A stretch of 53,206 bases of DNA, the filler included, from Sluysia triapertura (lineage: Eukaryota): NCBI GenBank assembly GCA_046118255.1. It is 4 parts of 4 records of this genome, joined end to end, with 100 filler letters (N's around TTAATTAATTAA, not from the genome) between each part and the next. Parts side by side here need not be neighbours in the genome. Positions count along the whole stretch, not along the records: positions 23,190 to 38,742 come from JBJNIA010225350.1; positions 38,843 to 53,206 come from JBJNIA010262506.1; 2 more parts are not named here. One strand, given 5' to 3'. The first letter of the stretch is position 1; the number at the start of each line of letters is the position of its first letter. A program made the translations under genes and the position numbers. Below, piece after piece: positions 36,746 through 49,737 of this stretch. The notes beneath the pieces are model-generated. The model was not told the origin of the DNA, did no database searches, and saw only the letters and a program-made list of their open reading frames with translations.

Positions 36746-36807
<62 letters not shown>

Positions 36808-37021
36808 TTATATTACTTATATCATTTTATTTTATAAAAATAAGTATTTGTTTAGTAATTTCTAATTTTAAATAAATTAATAATAATAATAATTATTATT
36901 ATTATTATTGTTTCAGAAATCTAATAACGGAAAACAATCAAATGATGAAAATATTGATAAAAAAGAAATAAAAAATGAAGAAACGTGTAATTGTAATCCA
37001 CAGAAAACAATGGAAGAAAAT
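34909..37021 (+). CDS. Two putative exons of an unidentified charged protein: join(34909..35145,36917..37021)
   Basis: Exon 1: ttttacag|MNERKRERHLRQEEILRIRKSRMDG...SSRG|gttagt. Exon 2: tttcag|KSNNGKQSNDEN...MEEN|gtaaga. Both phase 0 and open. Confidence 0.45.
35700..36230 (-). mobile_element. Degraded hAT-like (hATm-type) transposase C-terminal relic
   Basis: Minus-strand peptides IQGNVYCLLAEHFLYFM, IPSINWNA, PPATKHFTDEEI and HLQSIERSVK*VSDSA resemble the HTQAVERxVKLVTEAS-type C-terminus. Confidence 0.5.
36342..36430. repeat. 18-bp minisatellite (TTCTGCTTTATTTTTCTC) x5
   Basis: Direct reading. Confidence 0.95.
36748..36805. repeat. (TTA)n microsatellite
   Basis: Direct reading. Confidence 0.95.
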
Positions 37022-37635
37022 GTAAGACATTGTTTTGTTTATATAAACATACGAAAGCTGCAATAAATTGAATTTTCTGTCTCCACAATGTAAATAATAA
37101 ATCAAAGCAGTGTAGAGTCATATTTTCAGAATTTTTATTTTAAATAATAATATTGTGATTATAAAACATTTCATTTTCATTCTTAACATCAAAAAATAAT
37201 ACATAAACCAAACGCAGGCATAACCTTTTTTTTGGAAAAAAAACTTCACTTTGGGTCAATTTTTCACAATAGTAATTCCTATAAAAGACAATACTTTTTG
37301 AATGAATGACAAGTTATTTACAATTTAAAAAAATTAATAAATATTTTTTCATAGTTTTTACATTTGTTTTAATAAACTAATTTTAAAACAAATTTCGAAG
37401 TTTTCCAAAATACCATTTTGTTTGAGATAAATTTCTGGTAAAAGTTTATTATATCCAATTTTTCAGTTTATTTTGCAAATTTTTAGAAGAGTTAAAGAAT
37501 ATGTTAAGAAAGTCAACTTATACTTGAGACTGGTTGCATGTATGGGTGGGAAATACGTGATGTCTAAAGGACGTCTTAGTTCAGTCTTGCTCCTCATTAA
37601 GCGATATAGATGTTCATCAAAGTTTTCTTTATCTC

Positions 37636-37884
37636 AAATCCATGGGTTTCCAAATAAATGGATCAACTTTGAAGCTTATTGCGCTTGAAATCGCAGATAA
37701 ACACTGCAATAAAGATTTTATGACTTCAAATGGCTGGATTCTCAGATTCAAAAAAACAATTTAACATCAAATTCAAAACTCTTCGAGACGATAAATAGAA
37801 TCACTATATATTAGATGCATATCTTGTTTCAGACATGGCCTGGGATGAAATAACTCAATCTGTAATATGAAAGCCCTGGAATTG
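37636..37884 (+). mobile_element. Internally deleted Tigger/pogo transposase relic
   Basis: CENP-B-type HTH INGSTLKLIALEIA...DFMTSNGWILRFKK/QFNIKF, joined to the DDE_1 end ITILDAYLVSDMAWDEITQSVI*KPW. Confidence 0.75.
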
Positions 37885-38659
37885 ACATCCGGCTAATCAG
37901 GATATGGTAAAGAAAACAATTTCAGGAACCATCGACGACGATACTAACAGTGATGAAAACTAATTAGATAATTAATTATATTAATTAATTTGTCCGTATG
38001 CAAAACAGAAGAATTCACTTGAATTCCAACGTTGCTAAACATTTGACCTTGAGATTTATTAATTGTTATTCCAAAAGATAAGTGTAATTTAAAAGAAACC
38101 AAATCATCTACTACAAAACCTCCAGTAATAATAATGTTTGATAAAATAGGAATAACTTTGAAACTACCTCCATTCTAAAAGACACTTTTGATATCCAGGT
38201 CTCTTAAAAGCATTACAACAGCTTCAACTTTAAGCTGCTTAAAAGCGTATTTAAAAATTCTCTTTGATATTTCATTGCGTCTTCTTGAAGATCACAAATT
38301 ATTTAATTAATACTTTTTACTATTTTCAATAATTTGGCTTATTAACCTGATTAACTTTATCATTTGTAGATAGAATATGTCATTATGTTGAATTGCATCT
38401 CCATATATTTCTGTAGCCAAATTGTTTTCAAGAGATTGCAACAAAAATAGATTAAAAACCAAATAAAAACTTCAATACTAACTTAACAATAATTCGCCAC
38501 TTATTTTTCACACTGATCTGTTTCATTCACTGTGAATGGTCAAGTTTTCAGGGTCGTTACAGACACAAAACTCCTTTATTAAATTAGATTATATTTAAAT
38601 AATTAATAATTATTTATTTCATTTTTAATTTTTTATATTTATATTTATATTTATATATT

Positions 38660-38663
<4 letters not shown>

Positions 38664-38713
<50 letters not shown>
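38664..38713. repeat. (TA)n microsatellite
   Basis: Direct reading. Confidence 0.95.
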
Positions 38714-38717
<4 letters not shown>

Positions 38718-38742
38718 TTCCAACCGTCCCGGTTTTAAGAAC
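38712..38742 (+). mobile_element. Terminus of a hAT-type element cut by the contig end
   Basis: TAGGGTTTCCAACCGTCCCGG resembles the TAGGGTTGCCA..GTCCCG hAT TIR type. Confidence 0.5.
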
Positions 38743-38842
38743 NNNNNNNNNNNNNNNNNNNNNNNNNNNNNNNNNNNNNNNNNNNNTTAATTAATTAANN
38801 NNNNNNNNNNNNNNNNNNNNNNNNNNNNNNNNNNNNNNNNNN
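38743..38842. other. Artificial contig-joining linker
   Basis: Same 100-nt structure. Confidence 0.98.
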
Positions 38843-41800
38843 TATATATTATTGAAAATAATAAATGAATACAAATCGGAATGTATGAAACGATATAAAG
38901 AATGTTTGAAATATATGAAGAGCCACTATAAAATTAAAATTAATAATTAATCAAGTGACAATGAATGTATAGTATAGATAGTACAAGACTTTTAATAGTA
39001 AACGATTATAAATAACAAATGTGAATGAAATGATTAATAACAAATGTCAAATATGAAATGTTAATAAATATTACTTGAAATACGAAATTTTAAATGATGA
39101 GCCAATGCAAATTTAATAAATAAGAAATGTACATATGAATATATAAATTTTATTATAAATAAATTTATTAATCACTATTATAATTTATTGTATGAATACT
39201 GAATAATTACAATACTGAATATTGAATAATGAATATTGTAAAAAATCTTTATAAACAGGAATTTAACATTAATAACTAAAATTATATAGTTGTGTATAAA
39301 TTTATTAACAATATGCCTAATTATGGATTTATTAACATTAAAAAATTGTTATATGTGTAGGGAACTACACATCTTCACATGAAAATTACAAAAACACTTC
39401 ATCACATGTGAACAGAACACTAAATAAACTACTTGAGTCATACAAAAAACAAACATAGTCATTGTTATATTTATTGTTATCATAACCTCTATCACAATAA
39501 TAACTTTTATGGTAATCTCATATTATCGCAACTCCATCAACATTATTACGTTAAACTATGGAACGATTCAATTTAAACTTTATTTTTACAATTGTTATCA
39601 TTATAGTTTTATTATTATTACAACCACCTTCTTTTTTCTTAATTGTTTAAATGAATCATTTTCAAAAATAATAATAAACACCAATATGGCGAATCGCATT
39701 ATATAAGTATTAACAATTGAAATTACTTCTCCAGTGGAAAAAGGAAATTTTTACAAGGATTCATTCAAGAAAATTTGGTTTTGAAGACAATTCGATGTCC
39801 ATGCAGAAGTAATTTCTTATTATATAAGTTTTAAATTGCCCTAATTTTAATACAATATGGTTTACTAGAATTCACTTAAAATCACATTATTGATCACATT
39901 ATTGGCTAGGTTAAGTTAAAATAATTATTATTATATATTTCGTTTATTGCGTTATTTTATTTGTATACGTCTGTAGATAATAAATTATTAGGATATTTTC
40001 GGACATTATTATTAATCTAATTAAAATCTTTATTTATTTGGTAAGACCATAAGAAGGCTGACTCAACATATAAAATAAGTACTTGTAAGTATTCGACTTA
40101 TTAGTAATCAGTAATTTCTTTCCTTTACAAATCTAATTAGGACGTCTTCATCCAGATATAAGTGTCTAATTAGTCAAACTGACCTTCAGAATTTTCTCAT
40201 TTTGCAAGTTAGGTTCTTTTTAAGTAAAACCATTGCAGGATTAATATCTGTGGTGATATATTATTATTATTACTATTATTATTATTAATATATTTTATCT
40301 TGTGTTTATAATATATAAATGGCCAAAATTTTATTACTTGATTTAGTGACCACGAAAATAAATTTAAAATTTACATTATAATTATGTTTTATTAATAATT
40401 TAATTATTAAAATCGGCTTAATTTCATTAAACATAAGGCAAAAGCAAAATAAACTAATTAATGGATTTATTTTTCTAAATTTAACATCAATAAAAATAAT
40501 TTTGTCTAAAAGCATTCAAAAATGAACCAATTTATACTAACATAATAATTAAATTGACATAATCACTTAGTATTGTTAACTGATTAAAAAGTAGCTATGT
40601 ATGTTTTGTGTTCTATATAATGATTTATATCTTCCAAAATAAGACATACATGGTGATCAGAAATATCAAAAGACAAAAGATTTATAACACAATTAAAAGT
40701 ATTATCGAATTTTCATCGTGCATATTACTATTATTTTAGTAACGATTATCTGGTTGTATAAAATATATAATAATTTTATATTAATACATAATAAAAAGGT
40801 ATAATCACTAACTAAACAGCTGTCGGATTTATTTTCATGGTGATACTGACCTTGAATGTGTTTGAACCTCGATTGGAGGAAGTTACATAGTTATTTAAAG
40901 TGCTAAGATATGCTAAATAAATTAATAAACATTAAAAATGCCAAATTTTCGTGTGTAGTCCAAGGACTTTGGGCAAAAATTTACGAAGACAGTACCATTT
41001 TAATAGAACGTAGATACTGAAACAAATTTATTTATGTTATTTATTATCAGTACAAGATCCATAAAATCTGATTCAAATGCATTGTATAGAAACATTTATT
41101 AGTGCAATGGATGCATGTTACAAAATCATTAATCATATATGATTACATTAAATATTGAATAATTGTACGCATTAGTAAGGCTAGCAAAAATAATTGATTT
41201 TTAATAATTAAAAGCTATCGTAATGATAATAGTGGTAAAATGATGATGATAATAACAATAACAATAATATAATTATAGTAATAATAATACCAATAACAGT
41301 AATGTAATAATAATAATACTAATAATAATAAATCATACCATCATTTGATGTGGACGGTATAATAGCATAGACATAGTTATTTTGATTAATATTTGGCTGA
41401 AATTAAATTTATATTTTATATTAAATAAGTTTAAAAAATCAATTATAAATTTGAAAATGTCGAACTTAAAATTTTTTAATATCCTAAAACACATTAAATA
41501 AGTAGTTAAATTCAAAAGAAAAATTAATTACGATAATTTCGTAAAAAAAAGTACTGTTAATATTGAAATTCAGGAGCGTAATATTCTCATTTTATTCTAT
41601 CTAAAATACATATGCATTGAATTTTGAAGTAAATACTTAAATGTATCTGTGGCTAAATTTTAAACCACAAGAACATTATTTATAATTTCAACACTATAAT
41701 CATAACGTAAAAAAACAATCTAATAAAATTTTTTAAAATTAATAACATAATTAATGAGTAACTGCAAGCACGAAAACAAAGATTCAAGTATCATGATTCA

Positions 41801-41959
41801 ATATTCGCAGTATCATGACAAATGAACAACGAAATTCCGACCAATGAAATCACTTTATTTCGTACATAACATTTGAATGAAATTATATTAAAATTATAAA
41901 AGGTTTTCAAAATATTAATTTCAGTTTTGTTATTTTTTTTGTATTTTTAGTAATAAATA

Positions 41960-42560
41960 TTACACATAAATGACGTTAAGCAATTCCTGCATAAATAAAA
42001 ACTGCTATTATTAAAACAGAAAATTAAACAAATAGATATAAATTTGAAAAATGTTGATAAATTTTTGTGGTAGTCAACCCAATTTTATATTAACAAAATA
42101 TAACAAGTCACTCTTCACAATATTTCATAATTGCTATTACCTTCAAACATTTAAAACATAAAATTTCACATCAAAATCATATTTGACATCGAAAGCCATC
42201 AAACACATACTTAAAAAATTAATTTAAAACATTTTAAATTTATTTCAACATATCGCACATTCCATAACATTTTACCTATTTTTCTATCAAAACCTTTTTC
42301 ATATTTTATTTTCTTAGATCCACTAAATCTATTCTCATTTCAAAACATTTTTAATCTACAATTTTACAACACTAAAATCACTTCTTCATTCAAAACCATT
42401 AACGCTCATTAAATTTCATTCAAAACATTTTAATCCACAATTTCATAACGCCAGAGTCACAATTTACATCTTAAACTATCAAATATACATCTTATAAGCC
42501 ATCTAAAACATCTCAAGTTTACAATCCTTAACATTTAGTCTCTAATATCACCGAAAAACA
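41960..42560 (-). pseudogene. Decayed probable leucine-rich-repeat gene copy
   Basis: Internal ~80-nt repeat (42340, 42420). Minus-strand peptides IVTLAL*NCGLKCFE and FYLCRNCLTSF. Homologous to 2680-3020 and 23987-24015. Confidence 0.4.
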
Positions 42561-43527
42561 TTAAATTAACGCTTTAAAACCACTTTAGACATTGAAATCA
42601 AAATAACATTCCTTTGGCATTTTTGTTATCTATTATTTCCTTTAAACATTATCTTAGTAGCTCTTTCTATAATTCATACCTTTGTAATCACCAAATAAAG
42701 TCTCTCCCAAAGGAATAAGAATTACAACTATTTTTCAAAAAGCATTTAAAGAAAGAAACCAAGTATCAACATAATCAACAAAAAAAGAACTAAAAAATAA
42801 CTTTTATTAAAGGTATTAAGCTAAAAGGATTTTATTTTTATATAATAGAGCAATTTTAAAGAACTGTATTTGTCGAGAAAGAGTTTAATAATAACAAAGA
42901 TTTTGTCAAGAAAAGTATTTGTGTTTATTTTTCATTATGATATTATTATTATTTTATTCTATCCATTATTATAATAATTATTATTTAACGTTATTCATTA
43001 TCATTATTATTATGTATTATTATCTTGTTACTAATTAATTTATTTAGTCTAGCCTGTCACAAGTTGACAGTTGCATTAAATTAAATCACTATATTGTATT
43101 AAACTGTCGACTGATAACAGTTACTGAGCGTCAATTACTTCAGCTGATTGTATTTCTGCTTTATGTTTGTCTCAATTGATTGGACGCCCAGTGATTGCCA
43201 GATTTATTTTTATCATCTATTTTTGTAAGCGGCTTGCAAACAATCACTAATAACGAATTAGTGTTAAAAGATGAAAGAAAAATTTTAAAGCATATTTAAC
43301 ATACATTGATAAAAATAGTGATTCGCAAATAAACACTTAGTGTGTGTGTAAAAACAGAATTATTGTTATACATTGATTAAAAAGTTTAAAAAATTATTGA
43401 ATGAACATTTAAAATGCCATTTATTTAGAATATTATTTACAGTTTAACACGTCAAGTAAGAGAAAATTTTCAATGTTTATATTGAGAAATTTAGATATTC
43501 AAAAAAACAATTAATTTTCTTTGTTAT

Positions 43528-44572
43528 ATGTCCGATAAATATGTTTTCAGAAATACTTTATTCAACCTTATTGAAACAGATAATTTAAAAAGTGAATATA
43601 TTGTTTACTCTGTCATTAGCAGTCAAGCAAAAGATGGAATATGCGAAGATGGTTGTGACTTATTACAATATTCTAAAGATCACAAGAATTATCCAGTAAT
43701 CACAAATAAAAAATTAGTCTTAGCCTTTATGTTTCATCAATCACAATATCGTTACCGAAACTCAAATTGTTCCAATTTTAAGAATAACGAAATTTATGTT
43801 AGATTAATCCAAATACAAAATAATCGTACCAGAAGTTAGATCAAACGAATATATAAACTTCATGCTAATGAATACATCATGATTAGTACCAATGACAATA
43901 AACTTATATTATTAAGTTTGAATCATGTTCGTTCTTCTAAATGCAAGTCATTAATGCAAGATAAAGACTTTGATAGATCAATGAAAAAAATCCATGATCA
44001 AGTTATACTAGTACCCATTAACATATTTCTAATGGTTCACAAATTATTAGATTTAGTTTCTTTAGTTATAACAAATAAAGCTACATCATTTAGGACAAAC
44101 TTGTCAAATCAGGTATTGAAAATTATCTATTTCAAATTATGTTAGGGCGGAAATAAATCTTCTTACATAAGTCCATTAATTCACGTTCAAGGTAGCAAAC
44201 AGTACAAGATGGCTCTCTGCCCATTCGAAACTACATCTTCTGGCGAATGCTCAAAATATGGCAAAGTTTGTCAATATTCTCACTGTCAGCGAAATACAAG
44301 ATATTTTTGGCTATCCAACAGAGAACAATAAACATCATGAGCGAATAAAGGCCGTTTTTGCAGATTTAACAGCAATGTCAATTAATGCAGTTTTTCGAAA
44401 AGATTTTGAAGTAATTTTTGAATGTATTTTTATATATCTTGATAAAAGTCCATTTTTATATTTTTATTTATTTAGAACTAATATTCAAAATGTACTTTGG
44501 CACATTCGTGAAGAACTTTATCCATATTTAAATGTATTTGTTTTATACGTAAAAGTAAAAATAAAAGTCTAA
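43528..44572 (+). pseudogene. Intronless pseudogene containing a CCCH zinc finger
   Basis: One frame across two TAG stops reaches KQYKMALCPFETTSSGECSKYGKVCQYSH (44197-44283; YKxxLC leader, C-x9-C-x6-C-x3-H), then a frameshift into ORF 44258-44572. Confidence 0.6.
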
Positions 44573-44580
44573 TTTTGTAA

Positions 44581-44633
44581 TATAATATATAATATAATAT
44601 ATTATATAATATATAATATATAATAATATATAA
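44581..44633. repeat. (TATAA)n microsatellite
   Basis: Direct reading. Confidence 0.85.
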
Positions 44634-46030
44634 TTTTCAATTTTCTAATTTGAATTTTAATAAAGTTGTATCAATTTCTTGTAATAAAACAAAGTTACAT
44701 AACATTACGCAACAATTTTATTGTAAGTTTTTTGTTAATGTTAATATAATAATGATTATTATTATGGATCATGTAATAAATATTTTTTTGATTTATTACT
44801 TTAATCATTATCCGTCAGTATCCCATTTTTGGGACACTTTCAAATTTTTTACCTTAAATGAAAGAAAATACAACTGTTAAAATAATGAGATCATATCAAG
44901 TTCTCCATGAAAGTATTAAAAACAACAATTATAGAAAAAGCAGCTCCAGTTGGTTAATATGAATACAGTTACTTTAAATTTTTTGTATTTTTGAATTGCG
45001 GCAGAATGGCTAATATTAACACATTGACGAATATGGCACACATCAGATTGTAAGATGACGCATTAAAATTGCGATCAATAGTTTGTTCAAAGTTTATTTC
45101 AAAAAGATCTTTATTTCATCTTTATTCCCTTAAGCTATCGAAATGAGGATCACTTCACAATATTCATGAGACTTTCAACTTATTTCTGAAAATTAAATCA
45201 GCTTATCAAAATTCACTTTCAAACTATAAACACAATTTTAAATTTTAAATTGCGTCAAATTAGTTTCTTAAATCTTTTCACTCGTCTCTCTTGATGAGAT
45301 AAAAGTGCCAAATTTTATTAATCTTAGAAATGTTACATGAAAGCTTCCAAACGTAAATGTTTAAATTTCTATATTTGTAGAAATATAAGTTACAATAGAA
45401 CAACGAACCAAATGAAAATTTAATTTTTGAATTGTTAAAAAAATTTCCGTTTAAAATTTATCTTTTGTGATTTTTTTAATTCTTATTTAATGTAACTTAT
45501 TTAAACTTCAAAATTTAAATAGTCTATTTACCCAGTTAACTCATAGAGGTTTATCCAATGTAAAATATAAACTTTTGAGATCATTGAGTTCAATATTATT
45601 GAATGAAATTTTCAAAGTGAATCTCTTTAGATAAAACAAAATATTGATAGCATTTTTTCGACTAATATCGTCGGTATAAATTGTATTTTTTCAATCTACA
45701 ATATCTTTTTTGTAGAAAATCTTTCCTTGCAGTTAATTCTATTATGACTAATTTTATTCCACAGTTACTTGGATACATTTAGACTTCTGGTTGTGGCAAA
45801 TTTCTTCTAATTAAAAGTTGATTTTGTTTCATAATGTAACTCCGGCCATTATAATTCATTTATTTACAAGCGCTTCATATTAATATGTATTTATTTGTGT
45901 ATGTTAGTGTTCATTTTCTTATTTCTATTTTATTAACAGCTCACATTTTTTCGTTTCTATGGTGCTTCCTTTTAATTCTTCTTAATTCTCATCTATATTT
46001 TCTACACCCCACGATTTTCTTTTCTTACTT

Positions 46031-46790
46031 TCCATCGATTCCCATTGGCTGATAACTAGTATATAAATTAGCATAAGTTTAATGAGAATCTCCATTTTGA
46101 AAATTTTTTAACGTTGTCCACCATTTTAAAATTTTTTATTTCAATTCTATTTCATTCCAGTGGCTATTGCGAATTTTTCCTTATTGCTTTATAGGATATT
46201 TTGAATTTTATTCGATTCTGGTGATTATCGATTCAGAAGCTGCTTATGTCCATGTTCTACGTAAGTTATTTTTATTTAGGTAGGTACTAATAGTAAAATA
46301 TTAGTATCATAAAATCCACGTAAATATTTCCATTTTAAGTAATTATGTAGTAAGTTTCCCGGCACATTGAGGGGTAAAATCTACGTAAAATTATCATAAA
46401 TACAATTAAAGACCTTTGGTGGTTTTAATTTTAATATTTTTACTGTGCCTTTGCTTCTAATCTGCTTTGTCCTTATAATATTTTTTAATAATTCAGTATT
46501 GTTAATTTATTATTAAAATTGTTTTAATATAAATTTGTGAATTTATTAGTTTTTAGATTTTAATAAATATATTACGTAAGCATTAAGCAAAGACCTTTAA
46601 TTATTTGTAATTATCATTAAAATGATTAGTTATATCTAATTTTTAAGATTAAAGTTAAAACATTCATTGATAATTATTATCAAGTTAGAGGAACGCTAAG
46701 TATACGTTGTAAGTCGTTTGTTGTAACCGGAACCTGCTCAAAAATATTTTGGCGTAGGTTAAGTGCTCGAAAAAACAGCAAGTATTAGTA
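46031..46790 (+). repeat. Dispersed ~700-bp repeat, copy 2
   Basis: Colinear blocks shared with 31531-32240. Confidence 0.7.
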
Positions 46791-47039
46791 CATATTAAAA
46801 CACAATAATAATAATAATAACCTGTTCAATATATTTGTATGTACGATAATTTAGTAATTTATTTTGTTTTAGTACCAAATCAGCAGTAAAGTCAACGGAT
46901 TTTATCGACAAAGCATCATAACTGAAGTATACATTATCGCGCACATCCAAACGAACTAATCTCTAAAATTATAATTATATAATATATAATATAATCACTT
47001 AAACAGTTTTCGTCTATTAAAGCTTTTGATTTAAAACTG

Positions 47040-47497
47040 ACCAAACATATCCGTGTTTTAACAACTTTATTAAGCCTTTTGCTAATAACGTTATTCTTGG
47101 CGTACGGTAGCATAAATTTTTTTCAGCCTATTTTAAAATCGTTTTAACTTAATCAATTTGATGACCGACTGTTATTTAAAAATTCCTGCTTCCTCATTTC
47201 CAAGTTTAAATCTATACAATCACTGCTACTTTGAAACCACTTACAAGCAAAAGTTTATCAGCCTAATCTATCAGAAACTAGAGAACTGATACGTCGTATT
47301 CAGAATGCAACAACTATTTTTGCTACATGACAGCAGTAACAATTGACAATTTCATTCATCGTTTTGAAGCTGTTATAAAATAGCCACTTCTGTGACCTTT
47401 TAGTATAACGAAAAATTCATCATATTACTGAAATAAGATTATTTTTTCTGTTATTAGCTTTAGTCAAAATTGTAGGTCACATTTGGGACAAAATGTA
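47040..47497 (+). mobile_element. Tc1/mariner transposase C-terminal relic with probable right terminus
   Basis: IPASSFPSLN.../*NHLQAKVY...ELIRRIQNA.../IDNFIHRFEAVIK matches the WPxxSPDLNP..W..L..KVY...NF..RL.AVI pattern. Ends ...tttgggacaaaatg-TA. Confidence 0.65.
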
Positions 47498-49410
47498 TAA
47501 AAGAGAAGTATATTTTTCGTGCGTATGCATATTTAAAAATTCTGCATCGATAAAACATATTTCTTTTATAAAAATAAAATAGTTAACTAAAACTAAAACT
47601 ATAACATAATTTATTAAATTTTACAATAAAAAAGCTCCTTGATTTATGAAAAGAAATCGTTGCTACGTAACCAAAAAAGCTGTAAATAATTTTTATTGTC
47701 AAGTCTTAAATATATAGATCTCAAATTCTAATTGAGATAAAAACAGTATTTTATCTCTAATATAAATTGAAAGTATTACGTTCTTCGTTTTATAATTACA
47801 TTTTAATAAATCCATATATTGTCTGTCAAGATAATAATTTCAAAATTTCAACATCAATATTTACTAATAATTTACTCATTATAATAATAAGTAAATAAAA
47901 AAATTTTAATCACACAAAATATGTAGAAATCTTTTAAATAAAGCTTTTTTCAAAATCTTTTGTGTTCATTTGAAGAAAATATAGATTGGTTGAATTAGTT
48001 TAACGTTTTCATTAAACGCAATAGTATACTTTTAAAAATCAATTTTGCTGTTTATTATTTTTGGAAATTTTTTTAATTGCTTGAGACGTAAACTTGTTTG
48101 TAGCATAATATTTCTAAAAACCAAATAACTTCTACTTTAGAGGTGTGGAAGATATTATAACCCAGCAGAAATAAAGGATTTTTATATTGAAAATGATGCT
48201 TATAAATGATTTTCTAAATATATGAAAATCTTGTGCTAATTTATTCTATGTTAGCTCACTACTTAATGAAATAATCAACTTACAACCAACCGCACTTACT
48301 ATCCCTTTGATTTTCCACTCAGAAGGATTTGGCCACATGCCAGAGCTTCCTCTTTTTACAGTTTCTTTCATGCTCAACTTTTTATAAGAGTCCATTGAAT
48401 ATAGTGTACCAATTAAAAATAAAGAAATTGTTTATTTTTAATTTTATTAATAATTTTTGTTTATTATCTAAAATAATTTACTTAATCAAACAAATTTTTG
48501 TGAAAATTATTTTAATAAGAAAATTTTAAAATCTCATTTTTATTCAATATTGTTTTAATTTAATTTATTTAACATTTTAATGTCTTCATTAATATCCCTT
48601 TCATGCATTTATAATTCATAATTTCTATTTTAAATCATAACAAACAAGATTTTTAAACTGTAGACAACTTTTAAACTCAATATCAGAAATAGAAAGTCTA
48701 AGCACAAAAATCTTTTTTATAGTATAGAAGTAGTAATTCTATAATCGACCTAATCGACCTATGACTTATCAGATAACGAAATATATTAAGAAAAGTATAA
48801 TTTCTTGAAAATACAATTGGAATTTATTTGTCTTCCACTTTATAAATTAATTTAACTTATTATAAACGTTTAACTATGAAATTATATTAATAAATTTTAA
48901 ATTGTAAAATATCCATGATTCAGGGATACAAATATGTATACGAAATGATTGTTAAAATCCAATTTATTCAAAATTTTTGTTTATTCAGTGACATTTGTGA
49001 AAATATTAATAAAATAAAATGTAAAATTAAATTAAATAAAAATAAATAATATATCTAAATTAAAAAATTATTCAATTTAAAATCCATAAATCTGCAAGCG
49101 CGAGTTTTTCGAATATATATTTCGAAAAATATTTCAACCTTCATTCTTTATTAAATATTCGGCATTCTAAATCTACTTTTCGCTGTTTGGAAGCAATCCT
49201 TATTAATACGTAAATATTATAGTAACTAATTAAAGCAACGTTAAATTTAAACAAAGACTTGGAAACCGCTATATTACAAATTATGAAAATATTTCGTTTA
49301 AACAAATTTAATGCATTAAAATAACTGATAATAAAAATTAATCGTGAATTCAATTAATAACTGTAAGTTGAATTTTATGTTGAATAGTTGCCCACGGGCC
49401 GCATAAAGTA

Positions 49411-49522
49411 ATTAATTCTTAATATTATCAGATTCAAAACTTGACATACTGAAACTTTGTATACTAATCTTTAGTTTTACAATGTTTAGTGTGTCAAGTT
49501 TTGAATTTGGTATTAAGATTAA
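49411..49522. repeat. Near-perfect foldback (~55-bp arms, 3-nt loop); MITE-like
   Basis: attcaaaacttgacatactgaaac pairs with gtttagtgtgtcaagttttgaat, and pairing extends to TTAA-containing ends. Confidence 0.8.
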
Positions 49523-49737
49523 GATTATTTTATAATGCAATAATAATTCGTAACAGTGCCTAAGGCACTTCGGAATGTATTTAGATTGAAAATTGAATGG
49601 TAAATAAACGCATGATTATATTTGTAATTATATTTACTCAATCAGAATTCACGTTTATTTACCACATTTATATTCAAGAAATCGTAGATAAAACACAAAT
49701 TTTATATTCGTATTGAAACACTTAAATTAAAGTCTGG

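Noticed and set aside
36222-36865. ORFs with FCFIFL, KIKQKR and poly-Tyr repeats
   Set aside because: They are produced by an 18-bp minisatellite and a (TTA)n microsatellite.
48130-48396. Small spliced minus-strand gene (MDSYKKLSMKETVKRG...)
   Set aside because: The donor is plausible, but the continuation is ambiguous and shows no recognisable homology.
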